Source: Candidatus Chisholmbacteria bacterium (GTDB lineage: Bacteria; Patescibacteriota; Microgenomatia; UBA1400; Chisholmbacteraceae). From it: a DNA stretch of 64,000 bases. How positions within the stretch are numbered: the first letter of the stretch is position 1; each line of letters begins with the position of its first letter. Shown one piece after another: positions 38,781-49,321 of this stretch. A program made the translations under genes and the position numbers. The stretch covers positions 643,438-707,437 of the forward strand of contig CAVPHZ010000001.1 in NCBI GenBank assembly GCA_963704905.1. The letters run 5' to 3'. The notes under the pieces are model-generated. The model worked only from the letters and a program-made list of their open reading frames with translations, was not told the DNA's origin and ran no database searches.

Positions 38781-40874
38781 ATGGCAGAAGAACAGCAGCC
38801 TACTTCACAACCAGATGCAGTATCATCTCCGAAAGAGCCTTTTTTAAAACGGTTTATTGTTTTTCTTACGAGTTCGTTCTCGGGATTTTTAGTTATCGTT
38901 GCCGTAGTCGCGTTGATGTTGTTTATCTTTGGGAGAAAAGGCGGTTCAATCAGCATTCCTGGCTTTCCGTCTCGGCCAACAAAGTCGACTGAGCGGGTGG
39001 AAGCATTTTCTTCTGAGGAGGAATTCAAGGAGTATCTCAGTCAGGCAGAAGAGCTGATCCGTAGCGGTTTTGGTGGTGCGATGGTAAATATGCAAACTCG
39101 GGAAATGCAAGCGTTTGAAGAAGCTGGAGATTTGGCTGCACCACTTGCTTTAGAAGGCGCTCCTTCCAGTGTTGGCACAACTCCTTCACGAGTATCGGAG
39201 ACGAATGTTCAAGTTCGGGGGATTGATGAGCCAGACATATTAAAAACCGATGGGCAGTCGATATTCTTTTCGAGTAACCTGTTTTTTGCCCGACCGCTTC
39301 AATTGGATGCTCCGTCCTTTATTGAACCTGATGTTTTTACTGAAGAAGAGTCGATACTTCCACCTGAACCTGTACGCAATCAAGCTACAAAAGTAATTGA
39401 TGCGTTTCCTCCAGCTGATCTTGAAGTGATTAGCGGAATTGATAAGCAGGGTGAGATGCTGCTGGCTGATGATATGCTGGTGGTTTTTTCAAACAATGAT
39501 GTATTTGGATATGATGTTTCCAGTCCGGAAAGTCCGAAGCAACAGTGGACGATTGATCTGGACAGCAGGACTCAAATTGTGTCATCCCGACTTTTTAATG
39601 ATACCGTCTATCTTGTCACGCAGACGAGGATTAATTCGTTGGATCCTTGCCCGATTCCACTGAGAAGTGGCGGTCAAGAGCTGTTCATTGCCTGTGATGA
39701 GATCTTCCACCCTGTCCGTCCCATTCCTGCGGATTCGACGTTTACAGTATTGGCTTTTGATCCATCCACCGGAGATGTTGAAGCCCGGCAATCGTTTGTC
39801 GGTACCAGCGGGCAAAGCGTGGTGTATATGTCGCTTCACGGGATTTACATCACCTACAACTTCTTTGAGAGTCCGCTGAATTTCTTTTACGACTTTCTGG
39901 TTACTGAGGGAAGCGGGTTATTGCCCAAGATTCTGATCGATAAGTTGGGAAGCTTACGTTCACTTGAAATCAGCGCTGAGGCTAAGATGGTTGAACTTCA
40001 GAAGCTCATGGAAGAGTACGACGCTTCCCTTGACAGTGATGATCGGTTGAAACTGCAGAATGAGATGGAAAATCGAATGGAACGGTATATGCAAAAACGG
40101 TTGAGGGATTTCCAGCAAACAGGAATTGTGCGGATTGATGTACCGGACCTGAATATCAGAGCTGCGGGAAGCGTGCCAGGAATGCCGTTGAATCAATTTT
40201 CTCTTGATGAGTACAGGGGAAATTTACGTATAGCCACAACAGTCAACGATTCAATGTTCGGAACTGGGACTGAGAGCGCTAATGATGTCTATGTGCTCGA
40301 TTCCACACTAAGTGTGATTGGACAGGTTCAGGGGCTGGGACTTACAGAACGGATTTATTCGGCGAGATTTATCGGTGACCGGGGATATTTGGTAACCTTT
40401 AGGCGGATTGACCCTTTCTATGTTCTGGATCTCTCAGATGCGCGAAAGCCTGTCATGCGCGGAGAGCTAAAGATTCCAGGGTTTTCTTCTTACCTGCATC
40501 CTATTTATGAGGATGTGATCCTTGGAGTTGGCGAAGAAGGCAACAAAGTGAAGCTGTCATTGTTTGATGTGGGAGATGCGGAGAATCCAACTGAGTCAAG
40601 CAAGTACCAGCTGGATGAATACTGGACTGATGTGGCGAATACCCATCATGCGTTTTTGATGGATGCAAAGCATATGGTATTTTTCATTCCCGGAAGCCAA
40701 GGCGGATATGTGTTTAGCTATGCTGGGGATGAGCTGGAATTACTGCGAGCCGTAAGCGATATCAGCGCACGGCGGGCGCTGTTTATTGACGATTATCTCT
40801 ATATTGTGGGTGACGATAAGATTGTAGTTTTGAATGAGAATGATTGGACAGAGGTGAATAGGTTGGTGTTTTAG
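38781..40874 (+). CDS. membrane-anchored beta-propeller domain protein (Beta_propel-like)
   Basis: N-terminal TM; SETNVQV.GIDEPDILKTDG, NQFSLDE, ERIYSARF, TFRRIDPF, GELKIPGFS.YLHP. Confidence 0.88.
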   Translation: MAEEQQPTSQPDAVSSPKEPFLKRFIVFLTSSFSGFLVIVAVVALMLFIFGRKGGSISIPGFPSRPTKSTERVEAFSSEEEFKEYLSQAEELIRSGFGGAMVNMQTREMQAFEEAGDLAAPLALEGAPSSVGTTPSRVSETNVQVRGIDEPDILKTDGQSIFFSSNLFFARPLQLDAPSFIEPDVFTEEESILPPEPVRNQATKVIDAFPPADLEVISGIDKQGEMLLADDMLVVFSNNDVFGYDVSSPESPKQQWTIDLDSRTQIVSSRLFNDTVYLVTQTRINSLDPCPIPLRSGGQELFIACDEIFHPVRPIPADSTFTVLAFDPSTGDVEARQSFVGTSGQSVVYMSLHGIYITYNFFESPLNFFYDFLVTEGSGLLPKILIDKLGSLRSLEISAEAKMVELQKLMEEYDASLDSDDRLKLQNEMENRMERYMQKRLRDFQQTGIVRIDVPDLNIRAAGSVPGMPLNQFSLDEYRGNLRIATTVNDSMFGTGTESANDVYVLDSTLSVIGQVQGLGLTERIYSARFIGDRGYLVTFRRIDPFYVLDLSDARKPVMRGELKIPGFSSYLHPIYEDVILGVGEEGNKVKLSLFDVGDAENPTESSKYQLDEYWTDVANTHHAFLMDAKHMVFFIPGSQGGYVFSYAGDELELLRAVSDISARRALFIDDYLYIVGDDKIVVLNENDWTEVNRLVF

Positions 40875-40890
40875 ATACTTATGACTGCCG

Positions 40891-40918
40891 TTGACTTTTC
40901 AGGGGTATCTGGTATTAT
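40891..40918 (+). promoter_or_regulatory. 16S promoter
   Basis: TTGACT-N16-TATTAT with TGn extension. Confidence 0.75.
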
Positions 40919-41021
40919 ACTTCATGCTTTTACTATGACCTAACGTGCCGACCAAGATTCATTTTCTTGAGGTAGAGCCTCGACTTGGTTGAGGCTTTTT
41001 TTGTCGGTAAAATCGCAGCTC

Positions 41022-41039
41022 GCTCCTTGACAATCGAAT
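41022..41039 (+). promoter_or_regulatory. boxA-like antitermination element of the 16S leader
   Basis: GCTCCTTGACAATCGAAT; a near-identical motif precedes 23S. Confidence 0.7.
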
Positions 41040-41101
41040 ATTTTTTAGCCAGTAAGGTAATTTTTGTATTTTTGATAGTTTTAGATGTGATAGGATAAAT
41101 T

Positions 41102-42597
<1,496 letters not shown>

Positions 42598-42690
42598 AAG
42601 GAGTTTACATAACTCACGCAAGGTTTGTCGGAGTCCTTGTCCCGCTCGGCGGGAGAAAGAAACCGACCCTATCACATCTAAGACTAACAA

Positions 42691-42790
42691 GAATTGGTTG
42701 GAATCAGATTAAAATCGGTTGAAATTAGTTAGAATTGGTTGGAATTAGTTGCAATTAGTTTAAATCAGTCGAAGTCGGTTGGAATTTGCT
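42691..42790. repeat. degenerate 10-bp-period tandem repeat (about 10 units, consensus GAATYRGTTR)
   Basis: gaattggttg gaatcagatt aaaatcggtt gaaattagtt agaattggtt ggaattagtt gcaattagtt ... Confidence 0.85.
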
Positions 42791-42797
42791 AGAGAAG

Positions 42798-42822
42798 AAC
42801 CGCTCGGGAGAGCGGTTTTTTT
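42798..42822 (+). terminator. intrinsic terminator of the 16S transcript
   Basis: AACCGCTC-GGGA-GAGCGGTT followed by T tract. Confidence 0.88.
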
Positions 42823-42849
42823 GTGGTGTATGGTAAGATTCGGTGCTTT

Positions 42850-43935
42850 ATGCCAGATGCTGAGAAAAATTTACCATTTAGTGAAGAAGCTCTACCTACT
42901 CTGAGGAGAATGGTTGAGTATGAAGAGGAAATTGGTGTGAGAGATCCTGCAAGTTTAATGCCATTTTCTTTGTATAAGGCTGCTCTTCAAGCAGAGATTC
43001 AGAATGGACTATTTACTTTGGACGCTACCACTGAAGAAGAAAAGTTAGCTCAGGATTTATCAACCGAAGAGTTGACATTGGTTGGACCTTATCTGTCTGT
43101 AATTGCAGAAGCTCGTGTTTTTCGAAGAAAATACTATCCCGAGATTGCACGTTCAGCCGCTATCAGTACTGGATACTTCAGAGAGATTGTCTTTGCTGGA
43201 AGTGAAATTTTTCCTGACGCGTTATTGTATTTGGCAAAAAGTAAGGATGAATCAGTTGAAGAATTAATACTTGTGGAACGGTTGGGGGCATTAGCTGAAG
43301 ACATGCAAGTATATGTGGAAGATGTGATATCAAATATGCTTCTTCAGCAAGGAGCTATTCCTGAAGATCAGAGTGAGAAAGTTTATGATATTTTTGACGA
43401 TCCTCCTGATCATACTTCTGATATCTATACTGAACTTCGGCAATTATTTCTACTTGCATATCAGGTGGTTGATAGGCGAAGACCTGTGGCTATGCAAGAA
43501 AGTGAAAAGAGAACACGAGAGAGTTTTTATTTTGGAGATGAGGAGATTCAGTTAACTGAAGCGCAGAGGATAATTCTTGAACCTTTTGAAGATCTTATTG
43601 CGCAGTCTCTTAAGTTTAGAAGTGTACATAAAATTGTCATTGCTGATGATGTAATGCAGGGACCTTCCGGCTCTCAAAATTTTTATCAAGATATTTCTGA
43701 GCAGATAGCAACAGCATTACCAGATGGTATTCCTTTTTTGGTTGCAAAATATGACATTAGGGAATTTGATTTGGTATTGCCTCATCTTGATAAGATGGTT
43801 GGGCAAATGATAACTGTGGTAAAACCATATATGATTGAGGATGAAAGTAAAGATGAGCTTCGAGAAGATGCACCACCACATATCCAAGATCTCTTTGAAT
43901 TAATGAATTCTTCATTGGATGTGTTTTATTTGTAG
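42850..43935 (+). CDS. acidic hypothetical protein
   Basis: About 360-aa ORF; likely start ATG 42850 after TGnTAAGAT. Confidence 0.7.
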   Translation: MPDAEKNLPFSEEALPTLRRMVEYEEEIGVRDPASLMPFSLYKAALQAEIQNGLFTLDATTEEEKLAQDLSTEELTLVGPYLSVIAEARVFRRKYYPEIARSAAISTGYFREIVFAGSEIFPDALLYLAKSKDESVEELILVERLGALAEDMQVYVEDVISNMLLQQGAIPEDQSEKVYDIFDDPPDHTSDIYTELRQLFLLAYQVVDRRRPVAMQESEKRTRESFYFGDEEIQLTEAQRIILEPFEDLIAQSLKFRSVHKIVIADDVMQGPSGSQNFYQDISEQIATALPDGIPFLVAKYDIREFDLVLPHLDKMVGQMITVVKPYMIEDESKDELREDAPPHIQDLFELMNSSLDVFYL

Positions 43936-44086
43936 GAAAGGATTTGTGTTTTTTTGAACAGCTATAGAGGGCGGTTTTTTGGTGGATTTATTGATGAAGG
44001 AGCCAAGGCTGGAAAGGAATTCTCCAAAAGTTTTTGATATTTCTCGGGAAGCCAAGTATCTGTTATCATACTCATGAAGGATATCT

Positions 44087-44302
44087 ATGAAATTTTTTGG
44101 CGTGCTCTTTGTCATCACTTCGCTGGTTTGTCTGTTTCTGGGATTTATGGGGCTCAAGGGGGATATTGACCATGATTCCTACATTCGGAAGTGGACATTG
44201 TACTGGAAGGCATCGACTCAGTCCGGATATAAAATCATTGGGATTGTGTATTTGTTTCTGGGGGGGCTGCTTTACTTTGTGGCGTTGGCGATGTTGATTT
44301 GA
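44087..44302 (+). CDS. small two-TM membrane protein
   Basis: GAAGG SD; two hydrophobic helices. Confidence 0.55.
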   Translation: MKFFGVLFVITSLVCLFLGFMGLKGDIDHDSYIRKWTLYWKASTQSGYKIIGIVYLFLGGLLYFVALAMLI

Positions 44303-44411
44303 GGGTTGGGTTGAATTGTCGTTTTGAGTCTCCTAAAAAGTCTGTATGCTTTTCAGGATAAACATGAACAATGATTTTCGGTTGTTATGGCTTCTTTATA
44401 GACTCTTATAG

Positions 44412-45458
<1,047 letters not shown>

Positions 45459-45540
45459 AGTGATTCTTCATTTAATCGGTCACGATACCTCTAAAGGTGA
45501 GACCTGGTAAGGTGCTCTATGGAGGAGGTTTACATTCTTT

Positions 45541-46467
45541 CTAGCTTGATTGTGAAGCGGTAGTTGTGACTAGGCAGCCGTTCCAGCCTCCGGGTCCGGC
45601 GAGGTTGGACCACTGCTGCCAGGTTCCAGACTCATAGAGATGATCCCAGCTAGTAGAGCCGCTGGAGCCGAAGTAACCTACAGGACCATTGCCAGTTTGA
45701 GCTTCGTCTCCCCAATACATGGTATGCCAACCGTTCCAGCCTCCGCTCCAGCTGATGGTGGTGTGATACAGCAGGGGATTACTACCATCTTGGTTGGCGG
45801 TGATGGTGCAGGATGGAGTTCCTTGGGTGGCTTCGACAGTGGTAACGACTTTGCATTGACCAACACCACCTGGACCATGGACATTGGTCCATTGATCCCA
45901 GGTTCCTGGATTGTAAACATGATCCCAGCTGACTGATCCGTATCGGCCATAGAAACCAACTGGACCGTTTCCTGTCTGACTTTCATCTCCCCAGTAAAAT
46001 GCGTGCCAGCCATCATAGGCCCGATCCCAACCAACTGTGGTGTGGAAGAGCTGCGGGTTTGAACCGTCTTTGGTGATGGAAATGCTGCAGGTGGCTGGAT
46101 CGGATTGACCCTCGATGGTTATTTTCAATACGCATTGGGCAGTTCCACCCGGTCCAGACATATGCGTCCATTGATCCCAAGTTCCCTGGTTGTAAAAATG
46201 ATCCCAGTTAGCTGAACCGCTAGAACCGAAATAGCCTATGGGCCCGTTGCCGGTTTGGGCTTCATCGCCCCAATACAACAGGTGCCAGCCATTCCAGCCG
46301 CCACTCCAACTTAAACTGGTGTGGAACACATGACGGTTCCCTGAATCTTGGTTTGAAGAAAGAGTACATTTTGGAGAATCAAGCGCAAACGATTTGGTGA
46401 TGAATCCAGTCGCTACTAGAAGGAGCGAAGTAAGTATTGCTGCTGCGATATTTTTTCTGCTGTTCAT
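45541..46467 (-). CDS. secreted protein with three Trp/Gly-rich Cys-bracketed PKD-like repeats
   Basis: Signal peptide (MNSRK...SFA); 3x C..(..)W.G...GWH..YWGDE.QTGNGP.G..G..G..SWDH.Y..GTW.QW....GPGG...C. Confidence 0.8.
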   Translation of the reverse strand: MNSRKNIAAAILTSLLLVATGFITKSFALDSPKCTLSSNQDSGNRHVFHTSLSWSGGWNGWHLLYWGDEAQTGNGPIGYFGSSGSANWDHFYNQGTWDQWTHMSGPGGTAQCVLKITIEGQSDPATCSISITKDGSNPQLFHTTVGWDRAYDGWHAFYWGDESQTGNGPVGFYGRYGSVSWDHVYNPGTWDQWTNVHGPGGVGQCKVVTTVEATQGTPSCTITANQDGSNPLLYHTTISWSGGWNGWHTMYWGDEAQTGNGPVGYFGSSGSTSWDHLYESGTWQQWSNLAGPGGWNGCLVTTTASQSS

Positions 46468-46561
46468 GTCTCGGGCAGCCCGAGTGAATGTAGTGTATTG
46501 CACCTTCAGTATACTGCATTGATCAAGCCCTGTTTTTAAAGGTTCGGAACCTTAGTTTGCC

Positions 46562-46608
46562 AAAAAAAGACAGCTCTGAGAAGTGAATCTCAGCAAGCTG
46601 TCTTTTTT
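46562..46608. terminator. bidirectional intrinsic terminator
   Basis: A7-GACAGCT...AGCTGTC-T6 with inner CTGAGA/TCTCAG stem. Confidence 0.8.
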
Positions 46609-46619
46609 ATATGGACAGA

Positions 46620-47555
46620 TTAGTTTTGGGCAGTTATTGTTTCGAGACAACCACCCCAGCCTCCGGGTCCTTCAAGATTTGACCATTGCTGCCAAGTTCC
46701 AGCATTGTAGAGATGGTCCCAGCTGGTTGAGCCGGATTGACCAAAGTAGCCGACTGGATCTGTACCAGTGACCCCTTCGTCACCCCAGTAGAACAGATGC
46801 CAGCCATCCATTGCACCATCCCAAGTAAGCGTAGAGTGGTACAAGAGAGGATTCCCACTATCTGCAGTTGTGGTCACTGAACAGACTGGCGGGTTCGGTT
46901 GTGGGGGAGTTACTACGGTGACTGTTTCAACACAGCCTCCGCCTCCTCCCGGTCCATCAACGTTTGCCCATTGCTGCCAAGTTCCAGGATCATATTCATG
47001 ATCCCAACTTGTCATACCATTTTTGCCAAAAAATCCTGGACCTTCCGCTCCTGTTACAGCTTCATCACCCCAGTGGAAGAGCGACCAATTATCATATGTT
47101 CCACTCCAAGTTACTGTTGAGTGATAGAGGAGTGGGTTGGTAGCATCTTGAGTTGAGGTAATGCTGCAAGTTGCAGGATCGGATGGAGGATATTGGGCGG
47201 TGACTGTTTGAATACAGTTTCCGTTGCCCCCTGGTCCTGAAAGGTTTGACCATTGCTGCCAGGTACCTCCGTTGTAGACGTGATCCCAACTAGACGTGCC
47301 ACTCGAGCCAAAGTAGCCGACCGGTCCGTTGTGTGTTTGAGCCTCGTCTCCCCAATGGAAAAGATGCCAGCTATTATAGGCTCCACTCCAACTTATCGTT
47401 GTGTGGTAGAGGAAAGGATCATTGGTGTCTTGGGTTGCAGTGATACTGCAGGTTGCCGGGTCGATAGCCTGAACTGTTTGTGCGAGTCCGGTGCTGCCGA
47501 TAAGAAGCAAGGTTGTTGTTCCAAGAATAACCGCTAATTTTGTTAACGATTTCAT
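46620..47555 (-). CDS. secreted protein with three PKD-like repeats (paralog of 45541-46467)
   Basis: Start ATG 47555 after AAGGAGGTGA; signal peptide; same repeat motif x3. Confidence 0.82.
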   Translation of the reverse strand: MKSLTKLAVILGTTTLLLIGSTGLAQTVQAIDPATCSITATQDTNDPFLYHTTISWSGAYNSWHLFHWGDEAQTHNGPVGYFGSSGTSSWDHVYNGGTWQQWSNLSGPGGNGNCIQTVTAQYPPSDPATCSITSTQDATNPLLYHSTVTWSGTYDNWSLFHWGDEAVTGAEGPGFFGKNGMTSWDHEYDPGTWQQWANVDGPGGGGGCVETVTVVTPPQPNPPVCSVTTTADSGNPLLYHSTLTWDGAMDGWHLFYWGDEGVTGTDPVGYFGQSGSTSWDHLYNAGTWQQWSNLEGPGGWGGCLETITAQN

Positions 47556-47630
47556 TATTCTTCTCACCTCCTTTCTTTTGTAGAGGTGAAAAATAGCTTT
47601 GCCAAGCTATTTTGAACGTACTCGAGTGGG

Positions 47631-47659
47631 ATGATAGCAGAAAAAAAGACTGGTGTCAA
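47631..47659 (-). promoter_or_regulatory. sigma70 promoter for the PKD-repeat gene
   Basis: TTGACA-N17-TATCAT with TGn extension. Confidence 0.75.
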
Positions 47660-47969
47660 AATGTTATGGGGTTGAATGATATGCCTTTAAGGGTTCAACC
47701 TTTTAAGGTCGTAAAAAAACGGTAGACATGTGAAGTGAGAGGGGGAGAGCGATGAGTGCGGTGAAGGGGTTAACCTTCAAAGACTGGGTGCTCTGCCCGA
47801 CTTTTATTCAATGCTACCGTTTTTGTTTTGACCGAGGTTTCGGCCAGCGCAATGGTTTCGACAACGTGCGTCGAAGCTGCGCTGGCGAGAAATGATCTCG
47901 ATCAAGTTCCCCAGTTCCGGAGTAGTTTTGTTCCAATCCGGAACTGGGGGAATAACGGGTTATCCCTGC

Positions 47970-48330
47970 TTACCAGGGGGTACGATTGGGAATTCTCGGG
48001 TGGAGTTCAGGTCCTACCCAAAGTGACCCGGAACAGTCCAGGTAATATCTTTCAACGAGACCCCAATCAACTGTGAATTCTTCTCCTGGACTGTAGTAGT
48101 GGTTTTGCTCTTGGAGTGGTTCATGCACGAGTGCTCGACCATCGTCGAGTACAATGACAACGCCGATAAGGCGGCTGTCCACTGCGAAGGAACTATACCC
48201 TCCGACATCTACCCACTGACCATTGCTGGTCGGAGGGCACGGAGTGGATGTTACCTGTGCAGGAGCAGAACTGTTACCACCAACAGGCGTCTTACCATAT
48301 AACCCTTGTCATTATGAAGAATCTCTTCAT
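47970..48330 (-). pseudogene. possible frameshifted small secreted-protein gene
   Basis: SD-like GAAGGAAG then MKRFFIMT; another frame is open from about 48308 to 47970 (QGLYGKTPVGG...CPPTSNGQWVDVGG...CSGSLWVGP). Confidence 0.4.
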
Positions 48331-49321
48331 CTGTTACTTCCTTCTCACTTTGCCTATGCTCTCACTGAGCACTTTTGTTACTTGCCCAGACAGTAATCGT
48401 CAGGGTTTTGGCAAAAGCAATCTGCGTTTCGCAGATTTTTGGTGCCTTCTCCAGTATCTTAGGAGCTTCACCTTCTCCCTTCCTCAGGGGGAGTAGGTGA
48501 TTTTTGGACGTTGTCCAAAAAAGACTGTAAGTGAGCAGAGGAGAAGAGACAACTTTATCTGATACTGTTGCTTCCTCTGTTCCGCTCACTTTCTGTGAGA
48601 AGCGAAAACAAGGGTATAACCCGCTACTTTTTTATTAAAGTGCGAACCTTTCAGCAATAGGTTTTTTCTTCCGCAGATGTGGAAGAAAAACGAGTACTGA
48701 GAAAGGAATGTACGATTAGTTTGTAAGATAAATATTCAGTTTAATTGTGTTCCACTTTCGTCCTTTTGGACTCTTCAGCTCCGATACACATCGGAGGAGT
48801 GGAACGGGTAGTCTAGATTGCTTGTTGGTAAAAATGTTGGGGTGTGAGTGAGACGATAAGTGTCTCAATCAACGATTGCATGTAATATGCCCAACAGATC
48901 TACGTTCAAGCAGTCTATATGTGACTACCCAGTTCCGACTTGACAGGGAATTCCCTTGCCGTTCCAGTCAAGCTTGTGCTTGATAGTTTTAACTAAGCGC
49001 GAGAGCGCGAAGTGAACGACTAATGGGAGTGTTTCCCATTCAAGTTTCCCAGTCCCGGGTGAGGGGTCCCACACCGGGACTGGGAGAACTGATGACAAGA
49101 TAAGTGCTGGGGAGATTGAACTCCAATCCAATAGCCTCTCGATACGCTGCTATTGATTTTCGTTCATTTTTTCCTGCTTGTAGAGGTAAAACGCTGCGAT
49201 CTCATGGCTCTCAAAACGCTCCATGGATCACGTATCTACAAGTGGATCTCCGGTTGGGGTGATTTCTAGCCTGTCAGGTTTTTTAGGCCTGATTTTTTCT
49301 AGAGGCTAGGGTTGATGCTTG

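Noticed and set aside
42691-42790. CRISPR array
   Set aside because: 10-bp degenerate tandem units without spacers; no cas genes
46531-46561. c-di-GMP riboswitch (GGCAAAC on minus)
   Set aside because: The remaining GEMM elements are absent; the sequence is explained by the AAGGTT/AACCTT palindrome
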